DNA of 64,000 nucleotides. Origin: Phyllosticta citribraziliensis (lineage: Eukaryota). The notes below the pieces were generated by a model, which worked only from the letters and a program-made list of their open reading frames with translations, searched no databases and was not told the origin of the DNA. Positions 41,492 to 53,179 of the stretch are shown here, piece by piece (positions within the stretch are counted from its first letter, which is position 1; the number at the start of each line of letters is the position of its first letter). The stretch is taken from assembly GCF_038025025.1 (NCBI RefSeq), contig NW_027117352.1, forward strand, positions 434,001-498,000, given 5' to 3'. The position numbers were made by a program, and so were the translations under genes.

Positions 41492-43234
41492 TCATGCCCG
41501 TGGCGCGTTCGAGTCAGCCGCGGCGGCTACAGTCTCTGCTCCCAATTCCCAAGACTGGGGCTTGCGGCCCCAAACGACGTACCTGTGTCGAGCCGCGGAG
41601 TTAGCAAAAAAGGGTCTGGAGGCGGCAAACGCTGACCCACGCTGGCCCAAGAGCGTGGCGTCAGTCTCGGGAGCACTTGGGACGCCGACGGCGAGCAAGG
41701 CTCATGTAAATGTTTTGGTCATGGCTTACATTTTGTGATAGGCGTGCACGTTGCGGTCGGAAATGGCTTTTCGCACTTGGACGAGGTAGACTTCGATTTC
41801 TTCCTTGGTCCAACCAAGGCCCCGATGGAACCACGCAAGAGTAAATGCCTGGAGGCCTTCGAGCAGACCGTTCTCGTTGAAGCGGCCCAACATCTTGAGT
41901 TGAGGGTCCTTGGGCCAGGGGTTGATAGGAAGTTTGAAAACTTCTTCGTGGATGTCGACAAAGCCTTGCTGTTCATACCAACGCTTCAATTTGTTGGCAA
42001 TCCGAAGAGGCCTTCCGATGTTCATGGCTGCGCTGTCTTGCGTTCGTGTCCACTCCATGAATGGAAAGTCGTCGCTCATGGTGCCGTCGTCACAGTAGAG
42101 CGTCGGATACACTTCCTGCGATTCCATCCAACCTCCAGGCTTCAAGTATCGATACGACTTGCGAATCACGTCTCGAAAGTCTTCAAAGCATCCCAACAGC
42201 AGTCTCGTGTGGATGTAGTCGTACGTGTCGGGCTGGATCAACCAGTCGTCCTCTGCGGCGTCGTCAATGATGAATTGCACATTCTCCGGTACCCCTGGAT
42301 TCTTGTCAGATACAAGTTCGACAGCAATCACGATACGCACATTCTGGCTGTATAGGAGACAAGTCTGTGCCCGTCACCTGCGGCCAAGATTAGCAACTGG
42401 TTACGCCCACCAAAGCCACCGCTCCTACTTCGCAATCTGGAAATTCGTTCGCTAGAGTCGTCAGCAAAGCGAGTCGAATGGGGATGCGGGTTGTTGTACC
42501 CATCTCTACAGCCCATTTGCCCGTCCCGGTGCCAACGTCTGGCGCACATGTCAGTACCGAGTGGCCGGTCGCATGGTGGGGCAAGGTACCAAGTATCTTT
42601 CTCGGGTTTTGCAGAGGGGCAAAGTAGTTGCGCATTCCAAAGAGAATTTTGAGAAGCTCATGTTGAAGCTCGAGTCGCTCTCTTTCGGGCTACGGGGGGG
42701 GGATGTCAGATTGGCAAGGTGGCGGGACTTGGTCTCTATACCTCGTCGTTAGGGTACAAGTAGGCTACAAGGCATCGTTAGTCGTAGAATCGTCAGGAAA
42801 GATGGAAATGGGCGTGACTGACAACCCGCTGCATGACGATGATAAGTTCTCCCGTTTTCGCGAATGTAGTCGTAAATGTCGTCGCGGACCGATTCAGTGT
42901 TGCTAGGCAGCGTCAACGAAACAACGGCACTTGTCGGTGGACGATGACGAGAGCGACGGCTCACCTTTCCCAGTTCTCTTCTCTCGACGAAGAGCTGTCG
43001 GCCTGTTTGAAATGGCATCTTAGCAGACGAGATTTGGCAGCGCAGGGCGAGTGCGACAAAGGGCAAAAGGGCAGGATCGCAACAGTGCGGGGAACGACGA
43101 GGGCGACGATCAATGGCGCGATTGCAGAGGTGACGATCGAGAGCAGAGCACAATGGCAAAGGACGAAGCAGAAGGAAAGACAGAGATATGGATGGAGAGA
43201 GAGAATGGAATACCTCGAGGAGATTGTTGGCCAT
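41492..43234 (-). CDS. LaeA-like class I SAM-dependent methyltransferase, about 8 exons (start may be at 43291)
   Basis: The spliced product contains YDYIRENGRTYH, DVGTGTGKWAVEM, GTDLSPIQPEWVPENVQFIIDD, YRYLKPGGWME and YVVWGRKP. Confidence 0.88.
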
Positions 43235-43809
43235 GTTTTCACGACAATGGCGATTCCCAGTGTGCTGGCTCGGCCCAGTGGTCTGGGTCATGGCGGCGCG
43301 GAGCCGAATTGCTGGGTAGTGGTGGCCTTTTTGCTTATTCAGCCAAAGTCGTGCCCTGTGGCCCTGCGGGTCGAGTGCCACTCCACCGCACAGCAGCCAC
43401 CTCCCATCTTCACCTCCGTGCAACCACCTGGCCCCTGACCACTGCAGCGCCCGCATCTGCCACTCATTCCCTTCAACAATCGACTCCATCGACCTCCATC
43501 TCCACGTTCCTATCCGAATCGCCAAACCCCTCTCCTGACCCGGACGTCCCCTCACCCACTTGGCTCTGCCGGCCGTCGTACGACAAGTCAACAACATCCA
43601 CGAGACCGCGTGCTGACTCGGATTCACGTCGTACCAGTCGCCGTCCTTGCTTCGATGCAAGCCCTGTCATCTCAGCCCAGTCTCATCACAAAACACAAAG
43701 ACTCCATTTCATTCCCTACTTGAGCTGTCTCTGAGATGCTCTTGATCGTTCCGTCGTAAAAGGCTGATCCGTGTGGACCACATCGTCAATCGTCCATGCA
43801 AAGCAGCAC

Positions 43810-44248
43810 TCAGTGGATTCCGCCCTTGTGACCGGCCTCCTTGGCCTCGGCGCTACCCTTGACAAAGGTGCCATCGTCGCGACGTCCGCTCTCGCCCTCA
43901 GCCTTGTCCAAGTCAGCAGCCGGATCGTCATGTTGTGCGCGTTTCAACTTGCCAGTTCGCCGTGGGCGTGCAGGCCTCCAATGTGACCCGCGTCCTTGGC
44001 AGCGTGGCTGCCCTTCATGAAGGTTCCATCGAGGTTACGGCCGGTGGGGGCAGAGTCCTCCTTCACAAGGGTTAGTGAGGATCGAGGCATCGGGGTCGCT
44101 GTTCATACCGGGTGGTGGGCAATGTGGCCGCCCTTGGCCGCCGCCTGCTTGACCTGGATTAGGTCAGTAAGTGGATAGGTGAGGGACAGCATGGGTGACA
44201 GACATCCTCAGTAGGACGGTTAGCAAAGTTGCCGGGGTTGTCAGACAT
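43810..44248 (-). CDS. CON-10-like / KGG-repeat small stress or conidiation protein, 4 exons, 96 aa
   Basis: Exons 44248-44204, 44153-44109, 44060-43953 and 43902-43810 give MSDNPGNFANRPTEDVKQAAAKGG..GRNLDGTFMKGSHAAKDAGHIGGLH..GRRDDGTFVKGSAEAKEAGHKGGIH. Confidence 0.8.
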
Positions 44249-44640
44249 GGTTGATGGAAGTTGTAGTAGGATTGTGAGAGTGATTTGGCAGTGGAATTGA
44301 TGGAGATGTCGGGGCAAAGTGAGGTGTTTGGTTGACGAGCAGCAGAGGCATGAAACTTGTTTATATGCCTGGCTACGCGACTTCCCCATCAAATGCCTCC
44401 AAACAAGCTGGCAGCCAACTCGCAAGCAAACATGCTGATAGTTGCCATATCCCGTAGCTGTGACGTAGGCGTTGGCATGGATATCCAGGCAGTCGACCTG
44501 CCAGCGCCGCAGAGTGCCCATAGCTTCACTTCGGCTTCACGCGAGTACGCGCGACGCGTTCCCTCTCTGTGCTCCTCACCCCGCGTCGTCCCCCGTCACT
44601 CAGCAACATCAACCACCAATCATCCAACCCACTCGCCATC

Positions 44641-45945
44641 ATGTCACTCAAGCGCAAGGCAGCAGACGCCGTCGCCGCCGAGGTCAAGAAGCCCAAAGCC
44701 AATGGCAGCATCACATCCTTCTTCGGTCCTCCCAAATCCGTCTCGACGTCCACCACCGCGTCATCGACCGACCCGGCCAAAGCACCACCATCCAAATTCG
44801 ACAAGGAAAAATGGCTCGGTACCTTGAACGACGAGCAAAAGGACCTGCTGAAGCTGGAGATTGACACGCTGCACGAGAGCTGGCTCGCACACTTGAAGGA
44901 GGAAATCACGTCGTCAGAGTTCCTCAACTTGAAGCGCTTCATCAAGAAGGAAAGGGATTCGGGCAAGACAATTTTTCCACCTGAAAAGGACGTCTACTCA
45001 TGGTAAGGTTCTCCAGGCGGCAGCCCATAGACGCGATTCAACCTCTGACTCTTTCGCATCCAGGTCGCGCCACACGCCTCTCAACACGGTCAAGGCCGTG
45101 ATTCTCGGACAAGACCCTTACCACAACCACAACCAAGCGCATGGCCTCTGCTTCTCCGTGAGGCCACCGACCCCCGCGCCTCCCTCTCTCAAAAACATGT
45201 ACATTGCGCTGAAGAAGGACTACCCGTCGTTCGAGGCGCCGCCGAACAAGGGCGGCTTGCTGACGCCTTGGGCCGACCGCGGCGTGCTGCTGCTCAACAC
45301 GTGTCTGACGGTGCGCGCGCACGAGGCCAACTCGCACAGTGGCAAGGGCTGGGAGCGCTTCACGCAAAAGGTCATTGACACCGTCAACCGCACGCGCTCC
45401 AACGGCGTCGTCTTCTTGGCCTGGGGCAACCCGGCGCAGGGCCGCGTCAAGAGCATCAACGCGCAGAAGCACCTGGTGCTCAAAAGCGTACATCCGAGCC
45501 CACTGAGTGCGTCGAGAGGCTTTGTAAGTACCCACAACCCTTTCCTGTCTTTGATCCCTGTCCAGTGATGAGGTGGATCATGCTCTACGACCCCGATCCG
45601 CCATTCAGATACTGCTGAGGTTGCGCTGCGTCCTGCTTCACTCTTTCACATCAGCCATCTTGAGTTCTCTGTGTTTGTGCCTCTGGCAACGTAACCGGGC
45701 GCGCGGATGGTCTGACGAGTGACGGGACGCTGCGCATCAACCATGATTTCAGCTTAGAGAGCTCTGAGGACACCCTTCGCTCTCGTCTTCTCGCGGAAAA
45801 AAGTGAGCATTCGCTGACTTGTGGACTCGAACAGTTTGACTGCGGCCACTTCAAAAAGACAAACGAGTGGCTCAAGCAGCGCTACGGCGAAACCGGTCCC
45901 ATCGACTGGAACCTCAACGTCCCGCCCGAGAAGGCGGGCGTTTAA
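44641..45945 (+). CDS. UNG1: Uracil-DNA glycosylase, 3 exons
   Basis: Motifs ILGQDPYH, PPSLKN, GVLLLN, FLAWG and HPSPLS, then FDCGHF..NEWL..IDW after the 310-nt intron 45524-45833. Confidence 0.95.
45559..45772 (+). ncRNA. Intronic box C/D sno/scaRNA (~210 nt)
   Basis: Terminal stem tgtcc/ggaca, box C GTGATGA 45565-45571 and box D CTGA 45764-45767. An internal D' CTGA (45615) and C'-like ATGATTT (45743) close a long stem (ggttgcgctgcgtcc / ggacgctgcgcatcaacc). Confidence 0.82.
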
Positions 45946-46654
45946 TCGACCACTGAAGCGAAGAACAAACGGACCAAGGTCTCTAAATCCTTCCGGACGA
46001 CTCGTCCCTTTTCTCTTTTCCTTGGTTTCTCCTCTTTTTCCTTCTTCCGCCTTTACTTTTTCTTCTCTCTCTTTCTCCTTGGGATCAATGTTTCTTTTTC
46101 ACCTTCTCTACAAAAAGTGATGTCTCTTTCACTGCAACAAAATGACGCAAGACCAAATGGAATGGAATGGACAGGCCATCGTGCAAATGGATGCAAGCAA
46201 GCAAGCAAAAAAAGAATAGAAAGAGCGCATGAAACGAACTCACATGCTACAACCAAATCCTCACACCGAGGCCGGCCTCGAATTGGATGGATGCGGTGGA
46301 TTCAGTGTACGTAATCATCGCGCCCTTCTCGCGCGAAGACGAATGTCAACGAGACAACAAGTATCAGGATTGTTGACGCCAGTTCTCAAGATGTGGACGT
46401 GACGCTAAACGACCGCTCCTTAGTTGTAGCCTCCTCCCTCTCCCCAAGTCTACATACAGTGCCTTCATTACGCCATCTATCGGCGTAAAAAGTCCCAACA
46501 GCCTGGGCTATCAGTGTCTCCCCTCTCTTCTGGGGGTTTCTCCTTGCTTGTCTTGTCATCTTCCAAGCAAGCTCCATGGCCTCATCTACAGGAGTGAATG
46601 TCGATGAGACGACGACTGCACATCCGCCTGACTAATGACACCGCGCCCATGTTT

Positions 46655-46720
46655 CCGTTCAGGAAGCAGTCATCTATTGTAGCTGTCACGCTCGGGGAGC
46701 AGTCGTACAGCGCGCCAATT
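46655..46720 (+). repeat. 33-bp repeat cluster 1 (2 units)
   Basis: Units start at 46655 and 46688, with core aggaagcagtcatc / ggggagcagtcgt. Confidence 0.75.
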
Positions 46721-46848
46721 GCGCGGACGCACCGAGGGGCAATACAACAAGCAGATCGCGGACGAGGTCCTCTTCACCACGACGCCGGATTGCTTCATAG
46801 CCCGAGAGAGCATGTTTCCGAGGCATGACGACTAGGCAGCATCCACGC

Positions 46849-48370
46849 ATGGATCTTGGATTCGCACCAAGAGACTAAAATGCCTACCAACAAAACAACG
46901 TTTTCAGCACTGGTTGCGCGAGTAGTGAGGCCGAGCGCTGCTTAACAGCATTAGATCTCAGCAAGCTACTCTACGAATCCGCACCAAGTGGATGGGACAG
47001 TGTCAAACTGGGGTACCACGATTTTCGGGAAATCTCAATTTCCCTCGTCTGCGTTGGAATGCTCCGGAAGTCACCCAAGGTAAAATCCGAGGCCATTAAG
47101 AAAAAGGACAATTACTAACCAATCTATTTATACAGCTCGTCTCAGTAATACCAATACGGATTGAGTAAGACTAAGCAGAGTCAACAGACCTGAACAACCC
47201 AGGGCCGCCAGAGTAATACGCCCTTCTCATGACGACTATTGACGACGAGACAATCGTTGTGCCTCTTCGCCTAATTCAATTTGGCTCAAGCCCAGTTTGG
47301 GATTATACCTATGATAGGCCCACAATGAACGCTGGACTGCGGTTCTCCAACGTCCTCGTACGACAGGCCAAGAATGGAGGCAAAGAATGGAGGCAAAGAA
47401 TGGAGAAAGCACATGGAGAAACTCAAGGGAGCGCCGGTCCTCATCTGTCAAGATGTTATCCCGCTCATGCGCCTGGCCAATGGCACTACGCCAATGTATA
47501 CTCCGAGAGTATTCAACCACCTGTTCGTCTTGAGTGTCGTGGAGAACCGCAACACCAATCGGGAGCCCACCGGTCCCCGATTCAGCGATCTCGGCATCCT
47601 CGTCGACGAGCCACTGGACGTGGCACACGGGCTGCAACAGACACAAGGCACTGCGGAGCTCAAGCTTTCTGAAACTCTCCCAGTGGATGACTTTGAAATC
47701 CAGGAACCTGCTGACTTCATCGTCCCGCAAATTGATACATCCGGAGCCATGGAGGAGATTGACGACGAAGTCGTCGACGCAAGACTCGTAAGGTTCACCG
47801 AGAATGATCACCAGACTGGCCACCGCAGAGAGGAGCGTACAGAGAGGTGAACTCCTCGAGGAACAGCAGGCCATCCGAGATGATGACGACGACGACGAGG
47901 AAAGTCCCAGCGAGGACGACGGCTCCGAAGAGGATCAGGATCAGCCCTTTAAAAGATCTTGGCCAGCTACGTAGGCCACACCGTCCCTGGTGCGCTCCAA
48001 TGAGCAAGGTCACGACGGGACAAACGTATACGCTGCGTATATCGACCGCCGCCGTGCCTGGCAGTCCGTCTGGAGCTGCTCATGTGGACGAGCAGAGGGC
48101 AGTCTCAGTTGGACCTTCCATCATCAGTGCATGCACAGCATGTTGCAGGACGCCGATTCGCTAGGCATGCAAGTTGCAAAGCTCGAACTTGAGCTGAACG
48201 CAGGCGGGCTCGACGAGGAATATTTTGACCACTTCACACAGTTGAAAGGTTGCGGGCTGTTGAGGGGGACGAGGGCGGGCTGATAGATGCTGAATTTCTA
48301 TCGCTACCCATGCCGTGCGCGCCTATCCCCGTCCAAGTACGGAATAACGATTCGCGACATCAAGAGTGCC
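46849..48370 (+). pseudogene. DEDDh exonuclease-family gene copy A (5' part, truncated after motif I)
   Basis: Coding-like frames with an intron at ~47080-47135 and a 13-nt duplication frameshift at 47370-47405. An acidic linker is followed by AYIDRRRA..EGSLS..QCM..LELELNAGGLDEEYFDHF..LIDAEFLSLPMPCAPI, homologous to copy B. Confidence 0.65.
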
Positions 48371-48406
48371 AGAGTTTGCGCACATCATTCTGCCGCTTGC
48401 ACGGGC

Positions 48407-48511
48407 ACTCCTAAGGAGCAGTCGTCCTCTATAACAGACACGCTCAGGGAGCAGTCATCCACTATGACACGCACGTCTAGGGAGCATTCATCCGCCGCAT
48501 CAGTTACGCCT
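48407..48511 (+). repeat. 33-bp repeat cluster 2 (3+ units)
   Basis: Units at 48407, 48440, 48473 and (48506). Confidence 0.9.
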
Positions 48512-48524
48512 ACAAGAGTGTCTG

Positions 48525-49512
48525 TCAGTGGTCACATGAACAGTGGTGGTATGCCTGGTCCTTCGTTTCAATCAACCTCTTATGTCGTACGTGCTCTTCA
48601 AAGGTGCGGTGTTCTGTCCTGGCGCCACCTTTGTAGATGGCCTTGCAGTGGCCACATCGAATCTGCTGATCTTTCGCTGGCATGTGACGCAGAGCATGGA
48701 AAAATCGCTTGCAAAGCGTCGACATCCCTAGGTCTTGAGCGAGAATTTGTGCATCCTCCAGAGACATCATCAGTCTGGATTGGGTCCTCGAGGACTTGAA
48801 CCTGTACGTGGTCGACTAATTTTCTTTGAGTCCGTTAAGGATGTTCTCGCTGGCGTAGTCTTTGACTTGAGCTTTACCGTTGGAGCGATAGAAACCCGCA
48901 GCGGCAATCATGCAGGCGACGAAGCAGCTCTTGCTATCAGCTTCAGCAGTGAGCCTTCGGTTGACGGGATCTTCGCCGGCGAAACGCATGCGGACGCTTT
49001 GAAAAGGCATGAAGATGACCTGTTCCCGGTCTTTGTCCAACGGTAGGCTAAGCGGTTCTCCGAATAGACGAACAAGATGCGGCTTGACAGCGTGTTTGTA
49101 TCCCTTGGGGAGGACGGGTTTCGGCACCAACGCTCTCTTCTTTGGTGGCGGTGTTGCTTGCTCGGGGGTTGTCTCTCTCAACTCGGCTGCGTCGTTGTCC
49201 TTTCGCTTCTTGCCCTTCGTTGTTGTTGGTTGGGTTGCAGTGGGCCCAATTTCCTGAGATCGTCTCACATTCGCCACAAGTCTCCCGCTCGCTGCCATCG
49301 TGATTTATGAAGTTCTGGAGGGGCTGCTCGTGGTAACCTGCCCTGCAGTACTTCATTTGCTGTGCCGGGCTTGAGACGTTGGAATCGCAGAATAAGCACA
49401 GTCCTGTGTCACGGGAGAGCCGATGAACAGCTCGAGGCTGCGCGCATTGCCTGCATTGGAAGAATTGTTGCCCAGAGTTGGACAGAAGTACGTCGGACAA
49501 TGTAGAAGTCAT
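48525..49512 (-). pseudogene. Tandem Cys zinc-finger + basic linker + APSES/KilA-N-like + C2H2-like protein (one frameshift, one TAG)
   Basis: CRQC..P..CLFC and C..H..P...F..TCGEC, then a 1-nt frameshift near 49268 into KGKKRK/PPPKKR. MIAAAGF...(TAG 48816)...MMSLEDAQILAQDLG resembles APSES helices, followed by CGHC..FEEHVRH. Confidence 0.6.
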
Positions 49513-49617
49513 TGGAGAAAAGCACAATGATGTATGTGGACAAGGATGCAGGGCGTTTCTGAAGTGGCGAAAGAAGATGGAAAGGAGTTCAGAGGTAGTG
49601 GTCTGCGAGGTGTTGAG

Positions 49618-49722
49618 GTGCCTTGGGAGCGGTCATCCGCGGTGACTGTCACGCCCAGGGAGCAGTCGTGGGCTGTTGTGGTCACGTATATGGGGCAGTC
49701 GTCCGCTACGTCAGTTACGCCT
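49618..49722 (+). repeat. 33-bp repeat cluster 3 (3+ units)
   Basis: Units at 49618, 49651, 49684 and (49717). Confidence 0.9.
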
Positions 49723-50153
49723 GTCCGCTGCACGAATAGAGAGTATTCACGTATTTGAGTTATCTACCCACATTCATATGCTCATCTATAAGCAGAGGGT
49801 AACTACACATGCCGGTCATTCTCCGGGGTAGGTGACATCTTTGCAGTGAGAGGGTAAACGGTGAGATGAGAGTGTGACTTGAAGAATTGAGCTGTAGATG
49901 AGTATTCGCAGAATTTAGGTGCGCTTGAAGAAGTTTTATGGGGATTACTTCACAGCGGCGTCATTCACTTTCGGTTTCACAGCCTTTCACAATCTTTCGC
50001 GAACTTAAAGTCTTGACCGTTCTTTCCCACCGCAGACCTTTCACGAAGTCCTCCCCACACAGTCCTGGAATTTTATCCTCACCCATCTTACATCTACAAC
50101 CATCCTCCTTCCAGCCAGACTCCTAAATTTTTACGACCTTTCCTATTACCAAG

Positions 50154-51846
50154 ATGGACCATAATACACTTGCAGCAGGTATTGATGAGTGGGCCAACGG
50201 AGCAAGGGACGATGACGGTTTCTACGATAGGCTCATTGAGCTCACCCAGGCGATTACCGACGTTTGGAACGTCGGACCCAGGCCCCGTCCAAGGCCTCTC
50301 ACCCCCGGTGCAAGTGTCGAAGAGGACGTGGAACCCACCACAAGCGCGGTGTCGTCGGCCGCTGATCCCCACCCACCAAGTCCTGCACGTGGACTGTCGT
50401 CTTCTTTCTCGCATGGAAGTCCTGCTCTGCCGCCTTCTCCGCAGCCTCTGGGGCTTTCGCCGTCTTTTCCAGAGGGAACACCAGCTGCGTCACCTCCACA
50501 ATCGCCCAAGCAGTCATCCCCAGAGCCTCCTCTGCCACCATCAACGCCGGCGCGTTCTGAACTCCACAGTACAACCCCAACTGCGGAGCCTCCACCATCA
50601 CCTACTCCCTCGGTCCCCCGCGCAAGCTCTGCGGACCAGTCCCTCCCACCACCGCCTCCCAAGACACCTTCCTCAAAGAAGAAGAATGGAAGACGCGCTG
50701 AACAAGTATGTTTAGCTCTTGATCACTCATTTATTTCTTCAGCTCACATGTACGTAGGGACCTACACACCAAGAGTTGACGCATTCGGCGACCGCCCTTG
50801 TCGCCTCGGCCAAGTTCCCCGAGTCATCCATGAGGTTTTACGACCAGGGCCCCAACATCGTTGACTGTTGTCGGCAAGTGCTGCAGAGCACTGCCGATAG
50901 CACAATTGCCGGCGAAGTCACTGCAGAAACGCTGAAAGATCTCAAGTTTACGCGGGATGTCCTCGTTTTCCTCTCCAAGATTTTTGGAGAGCCTGGTGTC
51001 AAAGCCGTGCGAAAGACCGTGGGAATGCTGCGCAACAGCACTGGACAAAGGCCAAATTTCCAGCCAGCCATCACCGAGAAGCCTTCCAACGTCCCGGCCG
51101 AGCTCCAGCTGTGCCTGAATCTGCTCCACGCCAACTTGCATCTATTTGCCGAGCTGAAAAATGCCGAGCTTTTGCCTTGCAAATCTGCGACACGCGTTGC
51201 CAGAGTCTGGCACCAAATCAAGTTGCGGCTCAACGCCAAAGACCCGGAATATGTTGAGTTCATCAAGAATGATCCTGACATGGTCATGCTGAAGAAGCAC
51301 AAGCCAAACCGCAATGACGACCATCTTTGCATGGGCTGGTTGGTCCTGTAGTACCACCCAGACTCGAGGAGAGATGGTATAATTGATCAAGACGAGTTTG
51401 ACCTAGTGCGAGACCGGATTGTGTACAAAATTGGGGCTGGAGAGCACCTGATGTGCTTTGAAGAGCGCCTCGGAGATGAAGTCTTCTTGTTGTTCGTTCA
51501 AGGATGGAAACGGCTGTGAGTTAATCCCACGATCATGAAACGCCTTCGTACTAATTAAAACAGCTTTCGCAAAGGCCGTCAACACATCACGCACGCAATT
51601 GTCAAGAACTTTCTGCTCCGCGCTTGTCCCGACCTTAGTACCCTCCTCGGTCGCCTTCGCCCGGTCCTCCAACAGCTGGATTTCGAAGGGGGCATTATGC
51701 CCACTTACGGTTTTGACGCCATTCATGCCCTCAAGGCTGACCCTCTCTCCCTGTACACGCTCATGCAGACTACCAACAACGGCCTTGAAGCCAATTCCTC
51801 TCACCTTGCCCTTGAGGACGGCACAGACGGCAACGACCATGCTTGA
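50154..51846 (+). pseudogene. Unknown-family protein copy 1 (3 exons, single in-frame TAG at 51349)
   Basis: ATG at 50154, introns ~50706-50757 and ~51515-51563. The frame stays open on both sides of the TAG to a TGA at 51844-51846. Homologous to 53337-54421. Confidence 0.72.
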
Positions 51847-52030
51847 ATGAGAGATGTTTGAGGTAATCGCGACCTGGCCTGCCGGGGCAGGCTACTGCAC
51901 GGTCCAAAACTCAGAGCTGAGGCGAGGGAGGTTATTGAAAACGGGAATGATGAATTCGAATCGCTGAATCCGTAGCGAAGACTGAAAGGAAGAAAGCTTT
52001 ATTTCCAGCCGCCTGAAATAAGATTCGTGC

Positions 52031-52190
52031 CAGTTACCCTCCTTCCTTGAACAAAGCCATGTGTTTTGAGCAAAAAGCGAAAATCGAGTGCCGAAGTCAG
52101 ACCCTCTCCTTCAGTAAAACCATGTCTTTTGAGCGAAAAGCCAAAAGCCAAAAGCACAGTTAGACCCCCCTCCCTCCTAAAGTAAAGCCG
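52031..52190. repeat. ~63-bp tandem repeat, about 2.5 copies
   Basis: aaagccatgtgttttgagcaaaaagc / aaaaccatgtcttttgagcgaaaagc, with repeated agt(t/c)a..ccctcc heads. Confidence 0.75.
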
Positions 52191-52245
52191 CCCCGAGAAA
52201 AATGTGGAAAGCAGACGCCGATTTCGTCACCCTCCTGCCATACGT

Positions 52246-53150
52246 CTAGGAGACTTGGCAAACCTTGACCATGATGTGGTACATCATAAGTGTATCGCCC
52301 GCGCTCGTGTGCGCAGTGATAGAATCTTTGCATTTGCAAAGGGCCTGGTGGACGTTTGACTGTGCAAATGACGCTTTCTTTTCCATTTTGCCTCTGAGTC
52401 GCTTGACGAGCATGAGCAAGTCGATTCACAGGAGCGGCGCCCCATCCACCCAGCTTCCGTAACCTAGGATATGCGTTGTGGAGTGATCGTAGCCGGCCTT
52501 GAGGACTTTCTGCCGTATGCTTGAGATTGTGACACCGCCAGACTTCCGTCGGTGTTTCTCGACCGTGGCTTCGAAGAGTTTCCGTGGCCCTACAGTTGCA
52601 AGCTTGGATAGAGCAAATTCGACGAGGCGCTCCTTGGTGGGCCATATTCAACCCAGGGGGCGTCGACAATGACCGTTCCGTCCATAATGTCACGGATTGT
52701 GACCTGCAGCAGAATGGGCGCATATGGAAGAGGCATCGCTAGAAATTCAGTATCTAGGAGCCACCCCTGGTGGCTTTTGCCGCCGTGTATCTTTTTCAGG
52801 AGCTTGAAATGGCGACTGTACTCTCTGTCGAGGTTGCTGGCTTTAAGCTCGAGCTCAGTCGAACTGGTCTCGATGCCTAAGTCTTGCGGGTCATGGTGTT
52901 GCAACATTTTTTCCATGCATTGGACATGTTGAGGGCAACTCAGGCTGCCTTCTTGCCGCTCGTAAGGGCAAAGGGCGACGAATTGGCATGCGCGTCGACG
53001 GTCAATGTAGCTCGCCTGTATGAATAATGGTCTCTCACTAAAAGGCGCCCACCAAGGGAAGTTCGGCCTCGCTGGGCACGTTGAATCTTCATCTTCTTCG
53101 CTTTCAGCCTCTTTAAGAGCTTCAGATGGAGTGCAGACTCCTCTCGTCGA
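52246..53150 (-). pseudogene. DEDDh 3'-5' exonuclease gene copy B (3' part)
   Basis: Motif I WLLDTEF (52746-52754), motif II-like GYGSWVD, IDLLMLVKRL, and motif III AHTSAGDT (52294-52311). Frameshifts and a TGA interrupt it. Confidence 0.72.
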
Positions 53151-53179
53151 GATAATAGCGTTCAGGATACCCTGGATAC

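Noticed and set aside
45559..45772. Identifying the intronic RNA as U3, U14, snR190 or snR45
   Set aside because: I could not find their characteristic rRNA-complementary elements as I recall them.
47229..47530. A second KilA-N domain in the 47229 ORF
   Set aside because: The resemblance is too weak to support by eye.
51403..51840. 145-aa minus-strand ORF
   Set aside because: Antisense shadow of exons 2-3 of orphan-1, whose splice signals are on the plus strand.
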